From Oligoflexia bacterium (GTDB lineage: Bacteria > Bdellovibrionota > Bdellovibrionia > JABDDW01): a DNA stretch of 64,000 nt. The stretch is from NCBI GenBank assembly GCA_016715815.1, contig JADJXN010000001.1, forward strand, positions 259,678-323,677, in the 5' to 3' direction. The translations under genes were made by a program, and so were the position numbers. Under the pieces are notes generated by a model that had not been told where the DNA came from, made no database searches, and saw nothing but the letters and a program-made list of their open reading frames with translations. Positions 17,154 to 26,979 of the stretch are shown here, in pieces; within the stretch, counting starts at the first letter, position 1; each line of letters opens with the position of its first letter.

Positions 17154-17522
17154 ATGATTCAACAACAGACAAGACTAAATGTAGCGGACAACTCAGGAGC
17201 CAGACAGGTATTTTGTGTTAAAGTGCTTGGAGGCTCACGCAGAAGGTATGCTCAAATAGGAGACACTATTGTAGTTTCCGTAAAAGATGCCTTACCAAAT
17301 GCAAAAGTTAAAAAGGGAGAAGTACATAAAGCAGTAATTGTGCGCATGACTTCTAAAACACGTCGCCCTGATGGTAGCTACATAAGATTTGATGATAATG
17401 CAGCTGTATTAATAAACGCGTCACAGGAGCCAATTGGTACGCGTATTTTTGGGCCCGTTTCAAGAGAATTAAGGGCTAAACAATTTGTTAAAATTCTTTC
17501 TTTGGCTCCAGAGGTTTTATAG
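17154..17522 (+). CDS. rplN: 50S ribosomal protein L14
   Basis: [17 protein letters not shown]...[14 protein letters not shown] matches L14. Confidence 0.97.
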   Translation: MIQQQTRLNVADNSGARQVFCVKVLGGSRRRYAQIGDTIVVSVKDALPNAKVKKGEVHKAVIVRMTSKTRRPDGSYIRFDDNAAVLINASQEPIGTRIFGPVSRELRAKQFVKILSLAPEVL

Positions 17523-17524
17523 TT

Positions 17525-17833
17525 ATGCAGAATTTTGGATTTCCAAATTACAAAAAAAATGATCTTGTGCAGGTGATTTCTGGCAAGCACAAGGGGAAAA
17601 AGGGCAAAGTGCTTAAAATGATTAAGCGAAAAGGCCTGATTATAGTTGAAAAAGTAAATGTTGTTAAAAGACATACAAAACCAAGTCAAAAAGATCCAAA
17701 AGGCGGAATTTTTGAAAAAGAAGCACCACTACATGTATGCAAAGTGCTTCCTATTTCAGCAAAAACGAACAAGCCTGTCCGCGTTTCTGTATGGCTAAAA
17801 GAAAAAGAAAAGAAAACTAAGAAAAAATCTTAA
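17525..17833 (+). CDS. rplX: 50S ribosomal protein L24, with a Lys-rich C-terminal tail
   Basis: KKNDLVQVISGKHKGKKGKVL is the KOW motif of L24. Confidence 0.94.
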   Translation: MQNFGFPNYKKNDLVQVISGKHKGKKGKVLKMIKRKGLIIVEKVNVVKRHTKPSQKDPKGGIFEKEAPLHVCKVLPISAKTNKPVRVSVWLKEKEKKTKKKS

Positions 17834-17841
17834 GGTGATTT

Positions 17842-18378
17842 ATGAATTTAAAAGAACGTTACCAAAAAAAAATAATTCCTGAACTTGTAGGGCAATTTAA
17901 GTATAAGAGCCCCATGCAAGTGCCAAGACTATCTAAAATTGTTGTGAATGTTTCAATGTCTGAGGCAACACAAAATTCTAAAGTTTTGGATTTGGCAGCA
18001 ACAGAGCTTGCGGCCATTACTGGACAAAAGCCAGTGATTAGAAAAGCTAAAAAATCTATATCAAACTTTAAGTTACGTCAGGGAATGCCAATAGGAGCAT
18101 CTGTGACCTTAAGAAAAGAAAAAATGTATGATTTTTTAGAAAGATTTATCAACATAGCTCTACCTAGAGTGCGTGACTTTAAGGGCCTCTCAGGTAATAG
18201 CTTCGACGGAAGAGGAAATTACTCTTGCGGTGTTAAAGAGCAAATTATTTTCCCTGAAGTTAATTATGAGAAAATTGATAAGGTTCATGGTTTAGCTGTC
18301 ACAATATGTACAACAGCAAAATCAGATCAAGAAAGCAAAGCACTTTTGACGGCATTTGGTATGCCCTTTAGGAAGTAA
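17842..18378 (+). CDS. rplE: 50S ribosomal protein L5
   Basis: [13 protein letters not shown]...NVSMSEA...ITGQKPV...A matches L5. Confidence 0.96.
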   Translation: MNLKERYQKKIIPELVGQFKYKSPMQVPRLSKIVVNVSMSEATQNSKVLDLAATELAAITGQKPVIRKAKKSISNFKLRQGMPIGASVTLRKEKMYDFLERFINIALPRVRDFKGLSGNSFDGRGNYSCGVKEQIIFPEVNYEKIDKVHGLAVTICTTAKSDQESKALLTAFGMPFRK

Positions 18379-18388
18379 CGGAGATTAA

Positions 18389-18778
18389 ATGGATCCAATA
18401 TCAGATTTATTAACAAGAATAAGAAACGCAAACATGGCTGGACAAGAAAAGGCCGATATCCCACATAGCAACGTAAAAGAGGGGATACTGCATGTTTTAA
18501 AAAACAACGGCTTAATAAAAAATTTCCGTGTTGTTAAAGACAATAAACAGGGAATTATAAGAGTTTATTTGAAATACACCGAAAAAGGTAAGCCAGTTAT
18601 TAATAATTTAAAAAGAGAGAGTCGACCAGGGCTTAGAAAATATGTTCCAGTTGATAAAATTCCTCAGGTTAGAACAGGTTTTGGATTAGCTATTTTGTCA
18701 ACAAACCAAGGAATCATGTCTGGTGAAGAGGCAAAAGAAAAAAAGGTGGGCGGAGAGTATATCTGCTCAGTTTGGTAA
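18389..18778 (+). CDS. rpsH: 30S ribosomal protein S8
   Basis: DPISDLLTRIRNA...SRPGLR.Y...GLAILSTNQGIM...GGEYICSVW matches S8. It follows rplE directly, with no S14 gene between them. Confidence 0.96.
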   Translation: MDPISDLLTRIRNANMAGQEKADIPHSNVKEGILHVLKNNGLIKNFRVVKDNKQGIIRVYLKYTEKGKPVINNLKRESRPGLRKYVPVDKIPQVRTGFGLAILSTNQGIMSGEEAKEKKVGGEYICSVW

Positions 18779-18818
18779 TAAAGGAACCGCCACTTGAGAG
18801 CGGTTTGTAGGAGAAAAT

Positions 18819-19358
18819 ATGTCACGTATAGGAAAGATGCCTATAAACATTGGAAAAGAAGTTCAAGTTAGTATTCAGGGTGGTTCTGTTACTGTTAAGG
18901 GGCCAAAGACATCTCTTTCTTATGTATTAAACCCAGCGGTTAACGCGAAAGTTGATCAAGGTGTTTTAACACTAACAAGAAAATCAGATGAGAAGAAAGT
19001 AAAAGCACTTCACGGATTATACCGCGCGCTTTTAAGTAATGCTGTTACTGGAGTAACAAGAGGCTTTTCAAAAACTCTTGAAATTAATGGTGTAGGTTAT
19101 AAAGCAAATGTTAATGGCAAAAATCTAGAGTTAAACCTTGGTTTTACACACACCATTACATACCCAATTCCACAAGGTATAGAAATTAAGGTAGATAAAA
19201 ATACAAAGGTAATAGTAAGTGGTGCGGATAAAAATCTAGTAGGCCTTGTAGCAGCAAAAATTAGAGGGTTTAAAGAGCCTGAGCCATATCAAGGTAAAGG
19301 TGTTAAGTATGATACTGAAACAATTAGACGTAAAGCTGGTAAATCAGTTAGCAAGTAG
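18819..19358 (+). CDS. rplF: 50S ribosomal protein L6
   Basis: SRIGKMPI.I...V.V.GP.G.L...L.G.GY.A is the L6 pattern. Confidence 0.95.
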   Translation: MSRIGKMPINIGKEVQVSIQGGSVTVKGPKTSLSYVLNPAVNAKVDQGVLTLTRKSDEKKVKALHGLYRALLSNAVTGVTRGFSKTLEINGVGYKANVNGKNLELNLGFTHTITYPIPQGIEIKVDKNTKVIVSGADKNLVGLVAAKIRGFKEPEPYQGKGVKYDTETIRRKAGKSVSK

Positions 19359-19366
19359 AGGTTAAT

Positions 19367-19738
19367 GTGGCGTTAAATTATTCAAATAAGACAGATAAAA
19401 AAGCAGTTTCTCGTTTTAAGAAAAAAATGAGAGTAAGAAAAAAAATTCTAGGCACATCAGAAAGGCCCCGTCTTTCTGTTTTTAAAAGTACATCCCATTT
19501 ATATGCTCAAATTATTGATGATGTAAGTGGGAAAACATTGGCAGCATGCTCTACTGTAGAGGAGAAAATGTCTGGTGCTAAGAATAAAGAGGCGGCAAAG
19601 AAAATTGGAGCAGAATTAGCTAAACGTGCCCAGGCAAAAAAGGTTTCTCAAGTAGTATTTGATAGAAATGGTTATCGTTATCACGGAAAAATTAAAGAAC
19701 TGGCTGATTCTGCTAGAGAAGCGGGATTGAAATTTTAA
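19367..19738 (+). CDS. rplR: 50S ribosomal protein L18 (GTG start)
   Basis: [17 protein letters not shown]...TL...VFDR.GY.YHG..K..AD.AREAGL.F matches L18. Confidence 0.94.
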   Translation: MALNYSNKTDKKAVSRFKKKMRVRKKILGTSERPRLSVFKSTSHLYAQIIDDVSGKTLAACSTVEEKMSGAKNKEAAKKIGAELAKRAQAKKVSQVVFDRNGYRYHGKIKELADSAREAGLKF

Positions 19739-19751
19739 GGAGAATGAATAA

Positions 19752-20220
19752 ATGTCAGAAATTGTTAGTGATTTAGAAGAAAGAGTAGTTGCCATTAATA
19801 GAGTAGCCAAGGTTGTAAAAGGGGCGACGATTTTCTTTTTCAGCATTGGTAGTTGTAGGAAATGGTAATGGAAAAGTAGGCGTTGGTCTTGGAAAGGCAG
19901 GAGAAGTTCCAGAAGCAATTAGTAAGGCAAGCCGTCAAGCTAAGAAAAATATGATGGAAGTACAGATAGAAGGCGGAGGAATTCCACACCAAGTACACGG
20001 TACTTTTGGAGCAAGCCAAGTATTATTAAAGCCAGCAAATGCAGGAACTGGTGTTATTGCTGGTGGCGCTGTGAGAGCGGTTTTGGAATCTGTAGGAGTA
20101 AAAAATATTTTAACAAAATGTATTGGAACAAGTAACCCGCACAACGTTGTTAGAGCAACATTGTCTGGTTTAAAACAGTTACAAACAAAAGAAATTAATC
20201 AGAAGTTAAGACAAATATAG
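19752..20220 (+). CDS. rpsE: 30S ribosomal protein S5, with an apparent frameshift at the G4 run at 19821-19824
   Basis: The ATG at 19752 gives [24 protein letters not shown]. The conserved [25 protein letters not shown] continues only in the shifted frame that matches ORF 19846..20220. Confidence 0.88.
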
Positions 20221-20234
20221 AATTGGATTTTAAT

Positions 20235-20426
20235 ATGGCAAAAACATTTAAAGTAAAATTAATTAAAAGTGTTATTGGTAGTAACTCCTCAATGAGAGCT
20301 ACTGTTAAAGGCTTAGGTTTAAGCAAAATGAACTCTAGTGTAACACTAAAAGATACACCTTCTATTCGCGGTATGATTTTTAAAGCGAAGCATTTATTAA
20401 AGGTAGAGGTAAATAAAAATGGCTAA
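20235..20426 (+). CDS. rpmD: 50S ribosomal protein L30
   Basis: MAKTFKVKLIKSVIGSNSSMRATVKGLGL is L30-like. The track ORF begins 12 nt upstream at a TTG. Confidence 0.9.
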   Translation: MAKTFKVKLIKSVIGSNSSMRATVKGLGLSKMNSSVTLKDTPSIRGMIFKAKHLLKVEVNKNG

Positions 20427-20859
20427 GATGCTATCTCAGTTAGTTTCCAAAAAAGGTTCAAACCATGAACCTAAAAGACTAGGGCGTGGACCTGGTTCAG
20501 GATTAGGTAAAACTTCAGGACGCGGACACAAAGGTAAAAAAGCACGTACTGGTGGACAAGTCCCAAGGAGTTTTGAGGGCGGGCAAATGCCTATTCATAG
20601 AAGATTACCTAAGTTTGGATTTACAAATATTTTTGCAGTTAAATATTCACCAGTAAATTTGTCTCAATTAGAACGATTTTCTGGTTCTGTTACCCCAGAG
20701 CAGATGGTTGCATGTGGAATTGCAAAGCCAAATCTTCCAATTAAAATTTTAGGAACAGGAAATTTATCAAAAAAGCTTCAGGTAAAAGCACATAAGTTTA
20801 GTGCCCAAGCACTTGAAAAAATTAAATCAGCAGGTGGCAGCGTAGAGGAGATTAAGTAA
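20419..20859 (+). CDS. rplO: 50S ribosomal protein L15
   Basis: GRGPGSGLGKTSGRGHKGKKARTG is an L15 motif. Confidence 0.95.
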   Translation: MAKMLSQLVSKKGSNHEPKRLGRGPGSGLGKTSGRGHKGKKARTGGQVPRSFEGGQMPIHRRLPKFGFTNIFAVKYSPVNLSQLERFSGSVTPEQMVACGIAKPNLPIKILGTGNLSKKLQVKAHKFSAQALEKIKSAGGSVEEIK

Positions 20860-20861
20860 AA

Positions 20862-22182
20862 GTGGCTATTGAGGGGTTGGCTAAAATACCGGAGTTACGA
20901 AAAAAAATTCTTTTTGCTCTTGCGATGGTGGCAATTTACAGGCTGGGCTCCCACGTACCAACTCCAGGGGTTAACGCTGTAGCAATTCAACAATTTTTTA
21001 CTGCCCAAAATGCAGGAATATTTGGGATGTTTAACTTATTCAGTGGTGGAGCTTTAGAAAGACTCTCCATTTTTGCTTTAGGTATTATGCCGTATATCTC
21101 AAGCTCCATTATATTTCAGCTTTTAACAGCTGTGTTTCCTTATCTTGATGCTTTAAATAAAGAAGGCGAACAAGGTAGAAAGAAAATTGCCCAATACACA
21201 CGTTATGGAACAGTATTACTTGCTGTAATTCAGGGCTTTGGAATTTCAACTTACCTTGAAGGATCAACAAGTCCCATGGGTGAACCCTTAGTTTTAGCAT
21301 CTACAGTAGGTGGTATTCCCTTTAAGTTAATGACCATACTCACACTTACTGCTGGCACATGTTTTATTATGTGGCTAGGGGAGCAAATTACTGAAAAAGG
21401 TATTGGAAATGGAATCAGCTTAATTATCTTTTCAGGTATTATTGCTGGTATGCCAAAAGGTTTTATAAATTCCATTGAGTTAATAAAATCAGGTGAGATG
21501 GCGGCATTATTGGCGCTAGGAATATTGGTTTTAATGGTGATAGTTGTTGCCGTTATTATTTTTCTAGAGGTAGGACAGAGAAGAATTCCTGTGCAATATT
21601 CCCAGAGAGTTTCGGGTCGAAAAGTAATGGGAGGACAAAGTAGCCATTTACCATTAAAAATTAATTTTTCAGGTGTTATTCCACCAATTTTTGCCTCAAG
21701 CTTATTAATGTTTCCAACCACTCTTGCTCAGTTTGTGAATAAGCCATGGATGAACAGTATTAAAGACTCAATAAGTCCAAACGGAGTTTTCTATAACCTT
21801 ATTTATGTTGGTTTAATTGTATTTTTCTGCTTTTTTTTATACATCTATTGTTTTTAATGCCAATGATGTTGCAGATAATTTAAAAAAATATGGTGGTTTT
21901 ATACCAGGAATCAGAGCTGGTAATAGCACAGCAGAATACATAGAAAATGTATTAGGTAAAATTACAGTAGCGGGTGCTGTGTATATTAGTATTGTTTGCG
22001 TGCTTCCTGGAATTTTAATCTCACAAGCTAAAGTGCCATTTTATTTTGGTGGAACAAGTATTCTTATTCTTGTTGGTGTGGCGTTAGATACTGTTCAACA
22101 AATTCAATCCCATTTAATTAGTCACCAGTATGAAGGCTTCATGCGTGGAGCAAAGATCAAAGGCCGAAGGAGTGGTATTTGA
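20862..22182 (+). CDS. secY: preprotein translocase subunit SecY, with an apparent +1 T insertion in the T8 run at 21831-21838
   Basis: Split into 20862..21857 and 21817..22182. Seven Ts would give [33 protein letters not shown], a contiguous SecY sequence. The [12 protein letters not shown] and [18 protein letters not shown] motifs are present. Confidence 0.9.
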
Positions 22183-22820
22183 ACATAATTCTGTTTGGTG
22201 CTCCTGGTGCAGGTAAGGGGACACAGGCAAAATCTATTTGTTCTAAATATAATGTTCAACACATTAGCACCGGAGATCTTCTAAGAAAAGCTATTAAAGA
22301 TGAAACTGATTTGGGTTTACAGGCTAAAAGCATTGTAGATTCTGGAGCCCTAGTTCCAGATGATATTGTTGTAGGATTAATTAAAGAAGCTATTATTAAT
22401 TCCAATTTAGAAGGTTTTTTGTTTGATGGTTTTCCAAGAACCATAAACCAAGCGGAAGCACTTAATCGCCTTTTTGAAGAGCAAGATATGAATTTAGAAA
22501 AGGCAGTTTTTTTAGAAGTAAAGCGTAGTACTCTCATTGATCGTTTAACCGGCAGACGGGTTTGCACTAAATGTGGAGAAACCTATCACATATCTTCAAA
22601 GCCTACCAAAGTTGATGGTGTTTGTGATGTTTGCGGTGGAAAAACAAAGCAAAGAGATGACGACAAAAAAGATGTTATTGAGAACAGATTAAATGTTTAT
22701 GAGAAAAGTACGCTGCCCTTAAAGGATTTTTACCAAAGACATCACAAGTTTGTTGCAGTAGACGGAGAAGGAAAAACAGAGGAAATTTTTGATCGAATTT
22801 GTTACGCCTTAAAAAACTAA
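22179..22820 (+). CDS. adk: adenylate kinase
   Basis: P-loop [17 protein letters not shown] and a Zn-lid CTKCGETYH...CDVCGG. Confidence 0.96.
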   Translation: MNIILFGAPGAGKGTQAKSICSKYNVQHISTGDLLRKAIKDETDLGLQAKSIVDSGALVPDDIVVGLIKEAIINSNLEGFLFDGFPRTINQAEALNRLFEEQDMNLEKAVFLEVKRSTLIDRLTGRRVCTKCGETYHISSKPTKVDGVCDVCGGKTKQRDDDKKDVIENRLNVYEKSTLPLKDFYQRHHKFVAVDGEGKTEEIFDRICYALKN

Positions 22821-23578
22821 TGTATACGTTAAAATCTGAGAGAGAAATTTCAAAAATAAAAGATTCCTGCAAAATTGTAGCTGAGGTACTTCATATTATC
22901 TCTAAAGAGGTCGTTCCAGGTATGACCACTGAGGATGTAGATAAACGGGCCTATGATTTAACAATTAAATTGGGAGCTAAGCCTGCATTTAAGGGCTACC
23001 ATGGATTTCCTAAAACAATTTGTGCAAGTGTGAATGATGAAGTGGTTCATGGCATACCTGATAGTCGAGTCCTAAAAGAGGGTGATATTATTGGGATTGA
23101 TTTTGGGGTTGTTTACGATGGGTGGTATGGCGATTCAGCTATAACCGTACCTGTTGGAAATGTAACAGCAGAGTGTAAAAAACTCATGAAAATTACAGAA
23201 GAAAGTCTCTATAAGGCAATAGATGTGTGCATACCTGGCAATAGGATTGGCGATATTGGTAATGCTGTACAATGCCACGTTGAACCCCATGGTTATGGCG
23301 TGGTTAGAGAGTTTGTTGGCCACGGAATTGGAAGGGCTCTTCATGAGGATCCACAGATACCCAATTATGGAAAAACTGGCACGGGTGTAAAATTGCAAGC
23401 CGGAATGGTGATAGCAATAGAACCCATGGTTACTGCTGGGGATTTTAGAGTTAAAGTACTTAAAAACAACTGGACAGCTGTTACAGTGGATGGTAGTCTC
23501 GCAGCTCATTTTGAGCATACTGTGGCAATAACATCAAATGGGCCAGTGATACTCACTGACAGAACTCATTTGATTTAA
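22820..23578 (+). CDS. map: type I methionine aminopeptidase (the ATG overlaps the adk stop; the track ORF begins at 22799)
   Basis: The metal ligands D..D...H...E...E are spaced as in MetAP: VHGIP, DFG, GHGIG and IEPM. Confidence 0.93.
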   Translation: MYTLKSEREISKIKDSCKIVAEVLHIISKEVVPGMTTEDVDKRAYDLTIKLGAKPAFKGYHGFPKTICASVNDEVVHGIPDSRVLKEGDIIGIDFGVVYDGWYGDSAITVPVGNVTAECKKLMKITEESLYKAIDVCIPGNRIGDIGNAVQCHVEPHGYGVVREFVGHGIGRALHEDPQIPNYGKTGTGVKLQAGMVIAIEPMVTAGDFRVKVLKNNWTAVTVDGSLAAHFEHTVAITSNGPVILTDRTHLI

Positions 23579-23591
23579 CACATTAGGAAGC

Positions 23592-23810
23592 ATGACGAAA
23601 GAAGAAAGAATTCAAGTAGAAGGTACAGTGTTGGAGCCGCTTCCCAATGCGATGTTTAGAGTTGAGCTAGCAAATGGCCACAAAGTATTGGCTCATATTT
23701 CTGGAAAAATGAGAATGCACTACATTCGTATTTTACCGGGAGATAAAGTGACAGTAGAAATTTCTTCCTACGACTTAACTAGAGGAAGAATAATTTTTAG
23801 AGCTCAGTGA
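23592..23810 (+). CDS. infA: translation initiation factor IF-1
   Basis: 72 aa. [47 protein letters not shown] matches IF-1. Confidence 0.96.
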   Translation: MTKEERIQVEGTVLEPLPNAMFRVELANGHKVLAHISGKMRMHYIRILPGDKVTVEISSYDLTRGRIIFRAQ

Positions 23811-23820
23811 GGAATAAAAA

Positions 23821-23934
23821 ATGAAAGTTCGCGCATCAGTAAAAAAAATATGCACAAAGTGCCAAGTAATTAAAAGACGTGGCACAATAAGAGTAATTTG
23901 TGAAAACCCAAAACATAAACAGCGTCAGGGGTAA
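23821..23934 (+). CDS. rpmJ: 50S ribosomal protein L36 (missed by the ORF track, under 60 aa)
   Basis: [37 protein letters not shown] is 37 aa with the CxxC...C...H Zn-ribbon of L36. It sits in the conserved infA-rpmJ-rpsM position. Confidence 0.92.
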   Translation: MKVRASVKKICTKCQVIKRRGTIRVICENPKHKQRQG

Positions 23935-23938
23935 ATAA

Positions 23939-24322
23939 ATGGCACGTATTGCAGGTGTTGACCTTCCTCGAAATAAAAGAATTTTAATTGGCTTAACCTA
24001 CTTATACGGAATTGGAAAAAGTGCTTCTCAGAGAATTTTAAAAGAGGCTGGTGTTAATGAATCTAAAAGAACAGATGAAGTAACAGATGCTGACATTGCA
24101 AAAATTCGTGAAATTATTGAACGAGAATACAAAGTAGAGGGTGATTTGCGTAGAGAAGTAGCCCTGAACATTAAAAGGTTAATGGATCTTGGTTGTTGGC
24201 GTGGAGTTAGACACAGAAAAGGCTTGCCTGTAAGAGGTCAAAGAACAAGAACAAATGCAAGAACACGTAAAGGCCCAAGAAAGACCATTGCTAATAAGAA
24301 AATTGCTCCAACAGGTAAGTAA
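23939..24322 (+). CDS. rpsM: 30S ribosomal protein S13
   Basis: [14 protein letters not shown]...GLTYIYGIG...[24 protein letters not shown] matches S13. Confidence 0.96.
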   Translation: MARIAGVDLPRNKRILIGLTYLYGIGKSASQRILKEAGVNESKRTDEVTDADIAKIREIIEREYKVEGDLRREVALNIKRLMDLGCWRGVRHRKGLPVRGQRTRTNARTRKGPRKTIANKKIAPTGK

Positions 24323-24340
24323 TAATTAGAGGAAAAATAA

Positions 24341-24748
24341 ATGGCAACTCAACCAGAAGTAGTTAAAAAAGGTGTTGTTAAGAAAAAGAAAGTTAAAAAA
24401 ACTGTTCAGTCAGGTGCTGTACATATTCAAGCCTCATTTGGAAATACAATTGTGACATTTACTGATGTAAGCGGAGCTGTTGTTGCTTGGTCAAGTGCAG
24501 GACATAAAGGTTTTAAAGGTTCTCGAAAAGGAACTCCATTTGCTGCACAAGTGGCTGCAGAGGATGCTGCAAGAAAAGCGCTTGAGTGTGGAATGCGCTC
24601 TGTAAGTGTTTTTGTAAAAGGCCCTGGAGCAGGAAGAGAACCAGCTCTAAGAGCAATTGCCGCTGTGGGAATTAAAGTGACCGCTATAAAAGATGTAACA
24701 CCAGTTCCCCATAATGGTTGCCGTCCACCTAAGAGAAGAAGAATTTAA
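24341..24748 (+). CDS. rpsK: 30S ribosomal protein S11
   Basis: [17 protein letters not shown]....WSSAG...FKGSRK.TPFAAQ...[15 protein letters not shown] matches S11. Confidence 0.96.
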   Translation: MATQPEVVKKGVVKKKKVKKTVQSGAVHIQASFGNTIVTFTDVSGAVVAWSSAGHKGFKGSRKGTPFAAQVAAEDAARKALECGMRSVSVFVKGPGAGREPALRAIAAVGIKVTAIKDVTPVPHNGCRPPKRRRI

Positions 24749-24761
24749 AGGGAGGTTTGTT

Positions 24762-25388
24762 TTGAGTCGTTCTGTAAAACATGTTTGTAAGCTATGCCGC
24801 CGAGAAAATATGAAGTTATTTTTAAAAGGTGAGCGATGTTACACAGACAAGTGTAGTTTTGAAAGACGCCCCTATCCCCCTGGGCAACATGGTCAATCAA
24901 GAGTTAAGTTTTCTGAGTTTGCTTTACAATTAAGAGAAAAACAAAAAGTAAAGCGAGTTTATGGAGTTTTTGAAGATCAGTTTCGTCGCTATTTTAGAGA
25001 AGCAAGTAAATCAAAAGGTGTTACTGGTGAAAGCTTATTGTTAAAACTTGAGAGAAGATTGGATAACACTATTTATCTTTTAGGATATGCATCTAGTAGA
25101 AACGAAGCAAGACACCTTGTTAAGCACAGTCACTTTTTAGTTAATGGTAAAAAAGTGAATTTGCCGAGTTTTGAGCTTAAAAAAGGTGATGTCATTGAAG
25201 TTCATGAAAAAAGCAGACAAATGAATAAGATTTTAGCTGGCATTGAAAGTACAAAAAGAAGAGAGATTCCAAAGTGGCTTGAGCCAATGCACACAGAATT
25301 TAAAGCGGTGATAAAAGATTTGCCTGCTCGTGATGATGTAACATTCCCAGTCGAAGAGCACATGATTGTTGAGTACTATTCAAGGTAA
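24762..25388 (+). CDS. rpsD: 30S ribosomal protein S4 (TTG start after an AGGGAGG RBS; the track ORF starts earlier, inside rpsK)
   Basis: The C-CxxC Zn motif KLCRREN and LQLREKQKVKRVYGV...LERRLDN are S4 sequences. An S4 domain is present. Confidence 0.93.
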   Translation: MSRSVKHVCKLCRRENMKLFLKGERCYTDKCSFERRPYPPGQHGQSRVKFSEFALQLREKQKVKRVYGVFEDQFRRYFREASKSKGVTGESLLLKLERRLDNTIYLLGYASSRNEARHLVKHSHFLVNGKKVNLPSFELKKGDVIEVHEKSRQMNKILAGIESTKRREIPKWLEPMHTEFKAVIKDLPARDDVTFPVEEHMIVEYYSR

Positions 25389-25417
25389 TTAATTAAGTTT
25401 AAGAGTTGAGGTGATAC

Positions 25418-26437
25418 ATGCAAGAATATTATTATAAGTTTTGGAGAGATTTAATTAGGCCAAAAGGCTTTGATATGGAGAAAGAAAGCCTATCAGACAC
25501 CTATGGGAAGTTTGTGGTAAAGCCACTTGAGAGAGGATACGGAGTTACAATTGGTAACTCACTAAGGAGAATTCTTCTTGGCTCTATGATGGGTTCTGCC
25601 GTAACTGCAGTAAGATTTGATGGTGTTATGCATGAGTTCACCAGCATCCCAGATGTTGTTGAGGATGTAACAGATATTATTTTAAACTTAAAACAAGTTA
25701 GATTTAAAATGTTCACTGCAACACCTAAAACACTACGAATTGAAAAAAGCACAGAAGGTGCTATTACTGCAGCTGATATTCAAGTAGATGATCAAGTTGA
25801 GATTTTAAATCCAGAGCAACATATTGCTACTTTAGGAAAAGGTGGCAAATTTAATGCTGAGATTATTGTAAAGCTTGGTCGTGGATATGTAGCCTCTGAA
25901 GAGCAAGGACAGGAATTACCTGTAGGATTTGTAGCAGTTGATTCTATTTTTAGCCCAATTAAAAAAGTTAACTACAATGTCGCCTATGCACGAGTTGGAC
26001 AAAAAACTGACTATGATAAGTTAACATTAGAAATATGGACTGATGGAAGCATTCATCCTGAAGATGCTGTAAGCCTTGGCTCCAAAATTATGAAAGAACA
26101 ACTTCAAGTTTTTATTAATTTTGACGAGAGTTCAGAACCAGAAATAGATGAAGCTTTAGCATCCTCCCCATCGCATAATGAGAATCTTTTTAGATCTGTA
26201 GATGATCTGGAGCTTTCAGTAAGATCTGCAAATTGTTTAAAAAATGCGAACATTAGATATATCGGAGAGCTTGTTCAAAAATCAGAAGCTGAAATGCTTA
26301 AAACTAAGAATTTTGGGCGTAAGTCATTGAATGAAATTAAAGATATTCTTAACGAAATGGGATTATCTTTGGGAATGAAACTTGATGGATGGCCACCAAA
26401 TGGTTGGAATCCAAATGAGCCACCTAAGGATAATTAA
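25418..26437 (+). CDS. rpoA: DNA-directed RNA polymerase alpha subunit
   Basis: 339 aa. [18 protein letters not shown] is in the N-terminal domain. The C-terminal domain has [23 protein letters not shown]. Confidence 0.97.
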   Translation: MQEYYYKFWRDLIRPKGFDMEKESLSDTYGKFVVKPLERGYGVTIGNSLRRILLGSMMGSAVTAVRFDGVMHEFTSIPDVVEDVTDIILNLKQVRFKMFTATPKTLRIEKSTEGAITAADIQVDDQVEILNPEQHIATLGKGGKFNAEIIVKLGRGYVASEEQGQELPVGFVAVDSIFSPIKKVNYNVAYARVGQKTDYDKLTLEIWTDGSIHPEDAVSLGSKIMKEQLQVFINFDESSEPEIDEALASSPSHNENLFRSVDDLELSVRSANCLKNANIRYIGELVQKSEAEMLKTKNFGRKSLNEIKDILNEMGLSLGMKLDGWPPNGWNPNEPPKDN

Positions 26438-26456
26438 TAATTAAGTAGGTATTATT

Positions 26457-26963
26457 ATGAGACACGGAGCAAGAACACAAAGTTTTAACAGACCATATAA
26501 CCACAGAAAGTGGTTAATGAGAAACTTGGCTGTAAGCCTTGTGGAAAATGAACGCATAAAAACAACGCTTCAAAAGGCAAAAGAGTTAAGACGTGTGGTG
26601 GAAAAGGCCGTCACTTTGGGTAAAAGAGGTAGTCTAGCTGACAGAAGACTTCTTTTATCTAGAATACCTAATGAAAACACGGTTCAAAAAATATTTTCAA
26701 CTTTAGCTCCAAGATACAGTTCAAGAGCCGGTGGATACACACGTATCTACCGTCTTGTTCGTAGAGCTGGTGATAATGCTGAAATGGCCATTATTGAGTT
26801 TATTGATGCTCAACTCAAAGTGCCATTAGACAAAAAATCATTAAAAGCTGAAAAGAAGAGTGCTAAAGCTGCAAAACAAGTAGCCCCTAAAAAAGAAGCA
26901 AAACCTAAAAAAGAAAAAGCAGAAGCAAAAGCGACAAAAAAAGCCGCAAAGAAATCTAAATAA
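26457..26963 (+). CDS. rplQ: 50S ribosomal protein L17, with a Lys/Ala-rich C-terminal tail of about 45 aa
   Basis: MRHGARTQSFNRPYNHRKWLMRNL...GGYTRIY matches L17. The tail KKSLKAEKKSAKAAKQVAPKKEAKPKKEKAEAKATKKAAKKSK resembles histone H1. Confidence 0.95.
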   Translation: MRHGARTQSFNRPYNHRKWLMRNLAVSLVENERIKTTLQKAKELRRVVEKAVTLGKRGSLADRRLLLSRIPNENTVQKIFSTLAPRYSSRAGGYTRIYRLVRRAGDNAEMAIIEFIDAQLKVPLDKKSLKAEKKSAKAAKQVAPKKEAKPKKEKAEAKATKKAAKKSK

Positions 26964-26979
26964 ATTAATAGGAAGTCAA

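Noticed and set aside
26810-26963. Repetitive aaa/gca-rich DNA at the rplQ 3' end, and the Thr/Ala/Lys-rich DNA at 62930-63130, as possible CRISPR or tandem-repeat arrays.
   Set aside because: Both are in-frame low-complexity coding sequence (the L17 tail and the OMP N-terminal linker). They have no repeat-spacer periodicity.
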